A stretch of DNA of 18,149 bases from Armatimonadota bacterium (GTDB taxonomy: Bacteria > Armatimonadota > SYMT01). Position 1 is the first letter of the stretch. Each line of letters starts with the position of its first letter. Where the stretch lies: positions 1-18,149 of the forward strand of contig JBKBRF010000079.1 of assembly GCA_046292385.1 (NCBI GenBank), in the 5' to 3' direction. Positions 1 to 7,624 of this stretch are shown one piece after another. Both the position numbers and the translations under genes were made by a program. The notes under the pieces were generated by a model that had not been told where the DNA came from, did no database searches, and was given only the letters and a program-made list of their open reading frames with translations.

Positions 1-121
1 GCGCGGTAATCTCTTTCATGGCGGTGTTTCCTTCCTTTGCCGAGTTGGCCCTCGGCTGCTTCTAGTCTCTAGAAGGAAGGTTCACCGCCTTCACCGTTTA
101 CACACCTTCTGATGGTAGCTC
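1..121 (-). mobile_element. Left end of an insertion sequence (probably IS110/IS1111 family), reading out of the window; copy 1
   Basis: Exact reverse complement of 18029-18149. It contains SD AAGGAAGG and an ATG (19..17) opening MKEITA, which resembles IS110 DEDD transposase N-termini (MxxITxIG[IL]D). It interrupts the ORF at 98-652. Confidence 0.7.
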
Positions 122-652
122 TACCCGCATACCCGGACGTGCAAGCCGCCAGTAGAGGTTCTTCTGATCCTGGGCGGCGATGAAGATCGACAGCCTCGGA
201 TCGAACGGCTGAAGTTCCGGGCGCGCCTTTCTGGTGACGGCTCTTACCATGAACTTCTGACTCGGTGCCGCCTCGAAGCGTCCCAGCGTGAAGCCGACGG
301 TCTTTCCAAAGAACTTGTGTGAACCGGGCTGACCAACGCTCTTGCCTCCCGTCTCCACGGACCAGTCCAATTGCACTGGATTACGTGCCGCGTGGTCTTC
401 GAACGGACTGCCCCGTGCGTACTCCACGGCTAACTCGTAGCTCGTGTCGTACTTGGCTGTGAAATCCGTGCTTGTGGTCGCTCCAGGCTGGAGCGCCAAC
501 GGGACACTCAGCGGGCGTAGCTCCGGCTCCGGAGTGACCGCCGCCGGGCTGTGGAAGAGGTAGGCGGCATACGCCAGTAGTGAGATGCCCAGCGCCAGCA
601 GTCCCCACCGGAGCGCCGAGAGTCCCTTTGCCCTGGAACGCGAGCTACCCAT
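98..652 (-). pseudogene. Membrane-anchored hypothetical protein, C-terminus truncated by IS insertion
   Basis: N-terminal TM segment (WGLLALGISLLAYAAYLF) followed by a beta-rich soluble region. The last residues ELPSEGV* are encoded inside the 121-bp repeat. Confidence 0.65.
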
Positions 653-917
653 GCTGCCCCTCAGCGTGTTCGGCGCAAGCGCCCCACCACGTCACATACT
701 CCGTCCCAGGCAAGGGTTGCGGCCACTACTCCGTCCACACCACGCTCTGAAGTGAAGTTCTTCCCGCTAGCCTGCAGAGCCGCCGACGCGGGCCACTGCC
801 TGGCCGACATCCTCGTCGACCTCAGCGGGATCAACGGGCACCGGCAGCAATCTCCAGCCCGCCAGTTCCTTCGCAAGCACAAATCTGCCGAGACACCCCT
901 GAGCGACTGCGATCCCA

Positions 918-1304
918 TCACAGTTGCGGTGCGCGATCTGGTAGGCCGGCGACGTAGTCAAGCCACATGTCAGCGTAGTCCAGGTACTCCTCGCGGATGT
1001 CTTCTTCTGGCAGTGAGTCGACTTCGCCATCAGCACGTCTTTTAGACGGCTTCGCGACGATCCGGTATCCCAGGACTCCCTCTGGAAGCCCGCAGCCTAC
1101 GTTGTCGAACTGGCCGAGCAGGAACCAACCGAAACCTTCGAGATGCTCGCTTACTAGTCTTCTCAACTCGAGACGCTGCTCCGGCGATAACTTCTCCCCG
1201 CCCAGGAACTTCTCGACGTCGGAGACTAGCGAGTCGGAAAGAGACGCAGGGCCATAGATTCCGTCAGCGATCGCAGAGAAGAGAGCCTGCGCAGATTCGT
1301 TCAT
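918..1304 (-). CDS. Hypothetical acidic helical protein (128 aa), possibly immunity-like island cargo
   Basis: Globular-looking composition from MNESAQALF onward; the upstream ORF extension looks non-coding. No family recognised with certainty. Confidence 0.6.
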   Translation of the reverse strand: MNESAQALFSAIADGIYGPASLSDSLVSDVEKFLGGEKLSPEQRLELRRLVSEHLEGFGWFLLGQFDNVGCGLPEGVLGYRIVAKPSKRRADGEVDSLPEEDIREEYLDYADMWLDYVAGLPDRAPQL

Positions 1305-1754
1305 GATTAACCGAGAGGAAGTTAGATTAGTGCCGAGCGAGTGGCGAGCCATGGGCTTGTCCGAGTCTTCCTTCCTGCGTCGCACATCTCCTACCAGAAC
1401 CGCGTAACTCCTGATTGGCGCAGAACGCCTGGCGGTGGGACGTGCTGTGAGGCGACTCTTGAACTCCCGGACCGAAGTTCGAGGTCGGCCACCCCGGGAC
1501 AGTAGGTGGACACTTCCGGAAACTGCCCCACCGAAAAACAGGGCCTAATCCCGCGAATATCCGGGGAGCCGGAGAGCCACTCCCAGAGCGCTGGAGCGTT
1601 CTCCCAGGCACGAATCAGCCGTGGAGACCCGCCTGGTGGGCTCTATCCTGGTTGAGTGCGTTAATGTTAAGAGAGCAAGCGGCAAGTGGAGAAAAATCCG
1701 CCCCCGCAGGCGGCTCGATGGCCCGGACCGAAGCTGGGTGAAGGAGCAGAGGGA

Positions 1755-2072
1755 ATGTCTACGGTGACGTTGGTCGTAACCCAGGCGGTCGTGAACCACG
1801 CCCAGGCGGGAAACCTGAACCAGCGGCAGATCGCGATACGGAACCCTTCGCCGGAGGTGCGCGCGGCACTCTCCCATGCCAGCGCCGGGAACCGCCTGCA
1901 GTTGAGCCTCGGCGGCTACGTCGATCTGGTGGTGGGCGACCCTGGGGCAATCTGGCTCTCACACCAGCGCGAGAAGGAAGACTTCGAGCTGCTCTACGAG
2001 CTCCTGGCCCGAAGGCCCAACACCGGGATGGAGTTCACCTGCGAGATCGTGAGTAGACCGCAGGCAGGCTAA
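1755..2072 (+). CDS. Hypothetical protein (105 aa)
   Basis: SD-like AAGGAG...GAGGGA before ATG 1755; GC-rich third codon positions. Confidence 0.65.
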   Translation: MSTVTLVVTQAVVNHAQAGNLNQRQIAIRNPSPEVRAALSHASAGNRLQLSLGGYVDLVVGDPGAIWLSHQREKEDFELLYELLARRPNTGMEFTCEIVSRPQAG

Positions 2073-2145
2073 CCCGGTCGGGATCGTGCTCCCGACCGGA
2101 CGCCGGCGACAGCGGCAGGCGTCACCCTGGGGAGAGGACACCGCC

Positions 2146-2385
2146 GTGCACCGCAAACCCGCTGGAGAGCCGTTCCCCGCGTATCTGATCCGCTGGGACG
2201 ATAACGTCGACGAGCAGCTACACTACGTCTACCTGGCAGAGGCGAGGGAACTGCTGCAGGTGCTCCGGGCATCCGGGAAGTTCCGGAAGGTGGAGATCTT
2301 CGGGGTCATCTCCGAGGAGCAGGCGGGGGTTCCGGACGAGCTGGTGCCGCTCGACCGGTGGGAGCGGGACCCCGGAAGTTGCTAA
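2146..2385 (+). CDS. Hypothetical protein (79 aa)
   Basis: GGAGAGG SD before GTG 2146; codon bias typical of coding sequence; stop falls in the first TGCTAAC repeat. Confidence 0.6.
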   Translation: MHRKPAGEPFPAYLIRWDDNVDEQLHYVYLAEARELLQVLRASGKFRKVEIFGVISEEQAGVPDELVPLDRWERDPGSC

Positions 2386-2408
2386 CGAGTTGCTAACCAA
2401 ATGCTAAC
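2378..2408. repeat. Three TGCTAAC direct repeats at 11-bp period (candidate integrase arm-type sites)
   Basis: TGCTAAC at 2380, 2391 and 2402, about 120-150 bp from the att core. Confidence 0.6.
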
Positions 2409-2476
2409 GCGCGAGCAGCTACCCACCCGCACCAACTGCCATTCACCCGGGCTCCGAAGGCTGGGTTCAGGCACAA

Positions 2477-2507
2477 ATCCGCGCGAAACGAGGCCGATCC
2501 GCGCGAA
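2477..2507. repeat. Two ATCCGCGCGAA direct repeats, 20 bp apart, next to the att core
   Basis: Exact 11-mers at 2477-2487 and 2497-2507. Confidence 0.55.
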
Positions 2508-2526
2508 CTGTAGCGCCAAAAGCCCC

Positions 2527-2580
2527 TCTTGAAAACAGGTGAGGCGCAAGTCTCCGTGGGTTCGAATCCCACTCCCTCCG
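2527..2580 (+). pseudogene. 3' half of tRNA-Ser(TGA); att site (attR) of an integrated element
   Basis: Anticodon loop CTTGAAA, 3' anticodon stem ACAGG, long variable arm GAGGC-GCAA-GTCTC, T arm GTGGG-TTCGAAT-CCCAC and 3' acceptor strand TCCCTCC-G. No D arm or 5' acceptor strand upstream. Confidence 0.88.
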
Positions 2581-2590
2581 TGCCGGCGCT

Positions 2591-2623
2591 GGCCGCCTTC
2601 GCTCTTTGCGAGGCGGCCGTTTT
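2591..2623 (+). terminator. Intrinsic terminator downstream of the tRNA fragment
   Basis: GGCCGCC(T)TCGC / GCGAGGCGGCC stem followed by GTTTT. Confidence 0.7.
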
Positions 2624-2757
2624 GCCGTCTCCCTTACCCCAAGCTTTAAGCTCAGGTCGAGGCATCCAGGTCTGCGCCGTCGAGAGCTGGAAGGCGTAAC
2701 GCGACCAGGTGGTGCAATAGGGAATGACTTCCCTGCCACGACCAGTGAGGCGAAGCG

Positions 2758-3081
2758 ATGGGGCTCTCGTTCGGGCCGGGCGCGTGCGCGTTCTACGCGA
2801 TCATGATCGCATTCGTGCTGGTGTTTCGCCTGGAGCTGCGCAGGAGGCGGTGGGCGGCCCTCCCCTATCTAGGCGCCTACTGGATCGCCTCCACCTTCTA
2901 TGGGGTGTTCTTCCTCATCTGGCTCGACGGAGAGCGCACGATCAGGAATTGGAACGGTGTCGCCGGATACCTGATCTTCACCACGGCCGTCCTGCTGCTC
3001 GGGCTCTTGCTGCACTGGCGAGCCTGCGCCCGGCGCCCGTCAGCAGCCGGAATGAGACGTCCCCTGCAGCCCGAAAAATGA
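2758..3081 (+). CDS. Small membrane protein with three predicted TM helices (107 aa)
   Basis: Three hydrophobic segments, GAGG SD, ends at a terminator hairpin. Confidence 0.7.
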   Translation: MGLSFGPGACAFYAIMIAFVLVFRLELRRRRWAALPYLGAYWIASTFYGVFFLIWLDGERTIRNWNGVAGYLIFTTAVLLLGLLLHWRACARRPSAAGMRRPLQPEK

Positions 3082-3119
3082 GAAGAGGCCGCTGCGAACG
3101 GATCGCAGCGGCCTCTTCT
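3081..3119. terminator. Hairpin terminator between convergent genes
   Basis: Perfect 17-bp stem AGAAGAGGCCGCTGCGA / TCGCAGCGGCCTCTTCT with a 5-nt loop; the A-run at 3074-3078 gives a U-tract on the minus strand. Confidence 0.8.
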
Positions 3120-3145
3120 GTTACGCTAGACGCTGGGCGCCGTGC

Positions 3146-3484
3146 TTACCAGCGGTTGCCGCCGCTGCGGCCGCCGCCACCGTAGCCGCCGCCACCGCCG
3201 CGGTTGCCACCGCCGTAGCCGCCGCCACCGCCACCGGTGCGCTCGGGGCGCGGGCGCGCCTCGTTGACGGTGAGGGTGCGGCCGCCCAGGTCCTTGCCGT
3301 TCATCGCCGAGATGGCGTTGTTCATCTGCTCGGCGTCCACTTCCACGAAGCCGAAGCCCTTGGCGCGGCCGTCGTAGTCGGTGGGGATCACCGCCGACTG
3401 GCACCCGAACTGCTCGAACGCAGCCTGGAGATCAGACTCGGTCGTGTTGTAGGAGAGGTTGCCGACGAAAAGTCGCTTGCTCAC
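3146..3484 (-). CDS. RRM (RNP-1) RNA-binding protein with glycine-rich tail (112 aa)
   Basis: RNP2 LFVGNL, RNP1 KGFGFVEV, NGKDLGGRTLTVNEARPR, Gly/Arg/Tyr tail; GTG start after GAAAGG. Confidence 0.95.
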   Translation of the reverse strand: MSKRLFVGNLSYNTTESDLQAAFEQFGCQSAVIPTDYDGRAKGFGFVEVDAEQMNNAISAMNGKDLGGRTLTVNEARPRPERTGGGGGGYGGGNRGGGGGYGGGGRSGGNRW

Positions 3485-3691
3485 GGTTGTTGCCTTTCCG
3501 GTCCGTATCGGTACCTGGATAAGAGGCGGCTCTAAGACCCGAGCCGCATGGGAACAGGACAGACGGGACGCGGGCAGTCGGCTACCAGAAGCAACAGAAA
3601 AGCCCTCGCGGCGCCGCGGAGGCACTATCGAGAGGGCTTGGGTCTTCCGAAACGGTAATGCGCTACGAACTCGGTCTGAACTTGTAGCGGT

Positions 3692-3720
3692 ATACTACTC
3701 GAATCGGGCGATCTTGGCAA
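3692..3720 (-). promoter_or_regulatory. Sigma70-type promoter for the RRM gene
   Basis: TTGCCA-17 nt-TAGTAT on the minus strand, implying a ~200-nt 5' UTR. Confidence 0.6.
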
Positions 3721-3757
3721 CTAGATCCGACCCTCGCGGTTTCCGACGTGCAACCGT

Positions 3758-4045
3758 CTATTCGGAGGCTTCGTCGTCCACCACGGCCGGCTCTTCCGCG
3801 GTGTCGGAGAGCGGCTGCCGCTGCTCACGGCGGGCCACGTCTACGTCGTGCGGGGTGGAGGTCCACACGCCCATCTCGGTGGCCAGGGCCAGCACGTGCT
3901 GCGAGGGGCAGCCGGTGGCGTTGGAGATCTCTTTGAGCCAGATACCCCCATCCAGCGGCGGGATTCTGCCGTCCGGATAGTGGGACCCCGCGAACTCCAG
4001 CCAGGCGGCTGCTTCCGCAAGGGCGAGAGTTGGATCGACTGCCAA
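3758..4045 (-). CDS. Hypothetical protein (~95 aa)
   Basis: GAAAGG SD-like motif before TTG 4045 and GC-rich third positions; start uncertain. Confidence 0.5.
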   Translation of the reverse strand: MAVDPTLALAEAAAWLEFAGSHYPDGRIPPLDGGIWLKEISNATGCPSQHVLALATEMGVWTSTPHDVDVARREQRQPLSDTAEEPAVVDDEASE

Positions 4046-4179
4046 GGACGAGTTTGCCTTTCTCCGCGCCCGCTCGTCTTGGAAACCCGGGCCGCGGAAA
4101 GGGTGCTTCCCGGCTAACAGTTGGCGCTGGCGGCCCGGAACTCCTCTGCCGAGGCCGCGAACAGGGCCGGAATGCAAGC

Positions 4180-4206
4180 GCGGGCGCCCCCGGAGGAGGC
4201 GCCCGC
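4180..4206 (-). terminator. Hairpin after the ECF operon
   Basis: GCGGGCGCC / GGCGCCCGC 9-bp stem 27 bp past the stop; weak U-tract. Confidence 0.45.
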
Positions 4207-4233
4207 ACGTGGTTTCCGGATTCGGGATCGCCG

Positions 4234-5511
4234 TTAGTGCTCGAACGAGGGGTCGCGGAGCAGGAACGGCCGCTCCGGATCGACCTGGACCAGCGGCTGG
4301 CGCGGGTCGCCCTCGATCTGGAAGACGACCTCATCCTCTTCCTTGACGTCGGACACCACCGGCGCGCTGGGGCCGCCCTGGCTGCTGCCCCGCTCCATCT
4401 CCACCCGCTTGCCGCAGAGGGGGCAGAACTTCACGTCCGGCTGGGGCGAAGGCCGCTTGGTGCCGTCGGCGGGGCAGAACTTCCAGTCTCGCTGGAACCG
4501 CTGTCCGCACTTGCCGCAGTCCGGATCGGTAGAGCGGCGGATCATGCTCACGCGGCCGGTGCAGTGTGGGCAGGTAAAGGAGAAGCGGGCGATGGTAGAG
4601 GGCGACACGTGCACCGTCCCCTGCCCCTGTGGGAGCTGCTGCAGCGGCACGAAGAACGGCTCGCTGGCCCGCGCGTCGCCGCGGTACACGAACGCGGAGG
4701 CAGCGGGGGTACCGCTCGCGCTGGCGCGGTAGAACGGGAACCCGGCGTCCTTGCCGATGCGAAGGGTCGTCTTGCCGTCCTTCCGCTCCACGCCCCAGCG
4801 GACTCCGGCGGCATCTGCCACCACGTCGAGCGCGGTCGACGCCCGGATCCCTTTCACCTGGAGCGTCAGCTTCGCGGGCATGGAGGGCTCATCCAGCTTG
4901 AGCTCGGCTTCCAGACCGGAGAGCTTCAGGATCTGCTGGGCCGCCTCCTGGACGCTCGCCTCCTTCAGGTCCAGGTCGATCCGCTGCTGGAACTGTCCCA
5001 CGCCCAGGCTCTCGAGCAGCGTAGCGGAGGCGGAGCCGGCCAGCGGCGTGCGGACGAATTCCCGGAGCTGGAAGGCGTTCTTTCGCTGTGCCAGCAGCTC
5101 TTCCAACCGCGCTCTCTGCTCCGCGGTCGGGTTCTTCTCCCGCTGCAGCGCGCTCAGCTCCTCGGCGAGCTTACGGCTCCGCGCCACCAGCTCCTCAATG
5201 CGGGTGCGCTCCTCGGGGGTGAGCTCGGACTTCCCCTGGAGCTTCTGCAGCTCCACCACCTCGGCGCCTTCCACGAAATAGACATGCGCGAGGAGCGGCG
5301 CGAGCGCGGCGACGGCGTAGGTGCTGCGGGCCCCAGCCACTGCCTCGGGCCCGGAGACCACCCGCGGCGCTGCCGCGCGAGGACCGGCCATCCGCGGTGA
5401 CGGACCGGCCTTCGGCCCCGGCACGGGGCCCGGACTCGGCGCCACCTTGGGGGCGGCCACGGCGACTCCGGCAAAGAGCAGGGTCGCGGTTAAGGAGGGA
5501 GTCCACTTCAC
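4234..5511 (-). CDS. Exported protein: signal peptide, Pro/Ala linker, coiled coil, STN/secretin-N0-like domain and CxxC (double zinc-ribbon-like) region
   Basis: Signal peptide MKWTPSLTATLLFAGVAVAA; RIDLDLKEASVQEA...LTLQVKGIRASTALDVVADAAGVRW is STN-like; CPHC, CGKC, WKFCPADG and VKFCPLCG motifs; start overlaps the upstream stop (GTGA). Confidence 0.8.
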   Translation of the reverse strand: MKWTPSLTATLLFAGVAVAAPKVAPSPGPVPGPKAGPSPRMAGPRAAAPRVVSGPEAVAGARSTYAVAALAPLLAHVYFVEGAEVVELQKLQGKSELTPEERTRIEELVARSRKLAEELSALQREKNPTAEQRARLEELLAQRKNAFQLREFVRTPLAGSASATLLESLGVGQFQQRIDLDLKEASVQEAAQQILKLSGLEAELKLDEPSMPAKLTLQVKGIRASTALDVVADAAGVRWGVERKDGKTTLRIGKDAGFPFYRASASGTPAASAFVYRGDARASEPFFVPLQQLPQGQGTVHVSPSTIARFSFTCPHCTGRVSMIRRSTDPDCGKCGQRFQRDWKFCPADGTKRPSPQPDVKFCPLCGKRVEMERGSSQGGPSAPVVSDVKEEDEVVFQIEGDPRQPLVQVDPERPFLLRDPSFEH

Positions 5512-6254
5512 TTTTCACTCTCCTGAATCGGTTCGTCCGAGGGGTCTTGCCAGTCCTCGTCCGCAGGGTCCTGCCAGCCGCAGGCCGAGTCCGGAAGCGG
5601 CACCGTCGCTTCCACCCGCCCCGGCTGCGCGATGAGCAGGCCGGATTCGGGGTCGGTCTCCACGACCCAGCCGGGGGTCGTGATACGCGCTTCTTCCTGC
5701 CGCACCGTCTCCACTTCCCAGCGCGCCTTCAGCACCGGCGCGGGAGCGGCGCGGTGGATGATCCGGCCTGCCGAGCGCTCCCGGGACGTACTGGTGAACA
5801 CCGGCGCGTGCCGCTGGGGAGAGGCGACTCTCCGCTCCGCCTGCTGGCTCTCCCGCTCCGCGTCCCCCTCCCCTCGCGGGGAGTAAGCGGTCAGCAGCAC
5901 CGGAGGCCAGCTATCGGCCGACGGCCGCGGGCGCAGAGCCTCACGCTCCAGCAGCGACGGCCGGAAGTAGGGATCGGACGGCAGGTAGGGGGACGGCCAG
6001 GTTTCGCCGCCGCCCTGCACCATCGCCACGGCCAGCGCGGCAGGCACCGCACACGAGCCGGCGAGCATCCAGACCATCAGCGAAGGCCGCCTCCGCCGCT
6101 TCCGCTCGCGAAACTGCTGCGCGGACGGCTCCAGCGCCTTCCAGACGAAGTCGGCAGGCACCGGCTCGTCCGCCTCGAAATCGGCCGCGGCGCGTAGAAG
6201 GTCTTCTACTCGCCGGGCGCTCTCTTCTTCCTGGCCCTTCTGTAGTTGACTCAC
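5508..6254 (-). CDS. Putative single-TM anti-sigma factor
   Basis: Directly downstream of and coupled (GTGA) to the ECF sigma; short N-terminal cytoplasmic part, basic cluster RERKRRRR, one TM helix, largely low-complexity C-terminus. Confidence 0.65.
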   Translation of the reverse strand: MSQLQKGQEEESARRVEDLLRAAADFEADEPVPADFVWKALEPSAQQFRERKRRRRPSLMVWMLAGSCAVPAALAVAMVQGGGETWPSPYLPSDPYFRPSLLEREALRPRPSADSWPPVLLTAYSPRGEGDAERESQQAERRVASPQRHAPVFTSTSRERSAGRIIHRAAPAPVLKARWEVETVRQEEARITTPGWVVETDPESGLLIAQPGRVEATVPLPDSACGWQDPADEDWQDPSDEPIQESEK

Positions 6255-6859
6255 GCTTCGCAGCCTTTCGGTTTGCGCTCGATGGGAAGCATCTCATCGA
6301 CGCCGTAGGGGCCCAGGTCCTTCAGCAGCCCGGAGAGGCGGCGGAAGCCCGCCCGCATCCGGCTGCGCAGGGTCGCTTCCGGAATCCTCTCCATCCGCGC
6401 CACCTCTGCCAGGGTGAACCCTTCAAAGTAGTGGAGCCAGATCGGCACTCGCTGCGGCTCCGGCAGCGATGCTACTTCTTGCCGCACGCGCCGCTGCACC
6501 TCGCGGAGCTGCGCCTCGTCCGCCGGCTGGTCCGGCCCCGCCTCCTCCGGGCCTCCCGAGGGAGAATCGAAGAGCGTGACGCGGCGCTTCCAGGCCGACC
6601 GCAGGTGATCGTGCCCCACGTTCAGCGCGATGCGGCAGAGCCACGCGTCGAACGGCGCGCCGCGCTGGTAGCTGCGGAGGCCGCGGTAGGCGCGAAGCAC
6701 CGCTTCCTGCGCCAGGTCCTCGGCGTCGGCGCCGCGCGCGAACGAGTTGGCAATTCGCCAGACCCGCTTCCGATAGCGGTCACACAGCGCAGCAAACGCA
6801 CTCGGGTCCCCCTGGAGGGCCCTGTCTACTAATTCTGCATCCGGGAGATGCTCGTTCAA
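6251..6859 (-). CDS. ECF (sigma-70 group 4) RNA polymerase sigma factor
   Basis: Region 2 DAEDLAQEAVLRAY...FDAWLCRIALN and region 4 LPEPQR...GFTLAEVA...EATLRSRM; GGAGG SD, TTG start. Confidence 0.95.
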   Translation of the reverse strand: MNEHLPDAELVDRALQGDPSAFAALCDRYRKRVWRIANSFARGADAEDLAQEAVLRAYRGLRSYQRGAPFDAWLCRIALNVGHDHLRSAWKRRVTLFDSPSGGPEEAGPDQPADEAQLREVQRRVRQEVASLPEPQRVPIWLHYFEGFTLAEVARMERIPEATLRSRMRAGFRRLSGLLKDLGPYGVDEMLPIERKPKGCEA

Positions 6860-6960
6860 TCTTCCGCCTCCATAAAGGAGGGACGGAGCAGCGGAGCGGT
6901 TCCGTGACTCTTTTTCACCCGTTTTTTTGCCTGGGGAGCGGGCGAGCCGGGAGCTCTCAA

Positions 6961-6988
6961 AGGATGAGGGATGAAGGATGAGGGATGA
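6961..6988. repeat. Heptamer tandem repeat (RGGATGA)x4
   Basis: AGGATGA GGGATGA AGGATGA GGGATGA; a (TCYTGC)x3 hexamer tract follows at 7014-7033. Confidence 0.8.
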
Positions 6989-7201
6989 ATTCGAACCCGC
7001 CGTGAACGATGGGTCCTGCTCCTGCTCTTGCTCGCTGGCGACCTGGAGTTCGGGCGCGTCCTCGGGAGCTCGAGCCAGGCTCGTTCCGGATGCCGGCGAT
7101 CCGCATCGATCACCACAGTGTTCTCCGTGCGGGAACGGGTGCCCTGCGGGGAGTGGCGTAGGAAGTGCCTTGTGGAGCTGGTAGGGCGCTGAGAAACGAA
7201 A

Positions 7202-7270
7202 ACCCAGGCTCGAACCCGGGGCGCCGCGCTTACCACTAAGGGCAGCGGGGCCGGGATCGAGAGCCTGGGT
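7202..7270 (-). terminator. Long irregular hairpin plus U-rich tract downstream of rpsT
   Basis: ACCCAGGCTC / GAGCCTGGGT closing stem, inner CCCGG/CCGGG pairing, TTTCGTTTC following on the minus strand. Confidence 0.55.
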
Positions 7271-7307
7271 GAATTCGGTTGGGTTGGCGACCGTCGCCCG
7301 GCGGGGC

Positions 7308-7592
7308 TTAGGCGGTCTGCGCTTCGGCCGTAGCGGCCTGCTGCTTCTGCAGCTTCGCCAGGCGCGCTTTGCGGCGGTTGGCGGCGTTCGGATGGATGAT
7401 GCCGCGCTTCGCGGCCTTGTCCAGGATCGAGCTGGTCTGGCTCACCACCTGACCGGTCTCTTCCGCGCCGCTCTCGATAGCGGTGCGGCTCTTCTTCATG
7501 TACGTCTTGATGGCGCTGCGGACCGACTGGTTCCGCTCGGCACGCCGTCGCGATTTTCTGATATCCCTGATTGCAGACCGAAGGTTGGCCAC
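7308..7592 (-). CDS. rpsT: 30S ribosomal protein S20
   Basis: MANLRSAIRDIRKS...RN...RSAIKT...LDKAAKRGIIHPNAANRRKARL signature; AGGAG SD; divergent from murJ. Confidence 0.98.
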   Translation of the reverse strand: MANLRSAIRDIRKSRRRAERNQSVRSAIKTYMKKSRTAIESGAEETGQVVSQTSSILDKAAKRGIIHPNAANRRKARLAKLQKQQAATAEAQTA

Positions 7593-7624
7593 GTTTCTAC
7601 TCTCCTCGCGCGGAAAACCTCACG

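Noticed and set aside
752..1045. Plus-strand ORF with a coding-like stretch (~775-880), possible gene remnant
   Set aside because: No SD or recognisable motif, and it overlaps the 918-1304 gene; cannot be supported without a homology search.
2490..2585. Complete functional tRNA-Ser
   Set aside because: No 5' acceptor strand or D arm, and the 5' anticodon stem reads CCCCT instead of CCTGT.
3160..3240. GCC/CCG-rich repeat tract
   Set aside because: It simply encodes the glycine-rich tail of the RRM protein.
4030..5400. 456-aa plus-strand ORF (likewise 11744-12922 and 13171-14346)
   Set aside because: Antisense to well-supported genes, with no recognisable motifs.
7200..7270. tRNA-like element on the minus strand (TAGTGGTAA and GGTTCGAG motifs)
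   Set aside because: No anticodon arm or proper T-arm geometry; better explained as the rpsT terminator hairpin.
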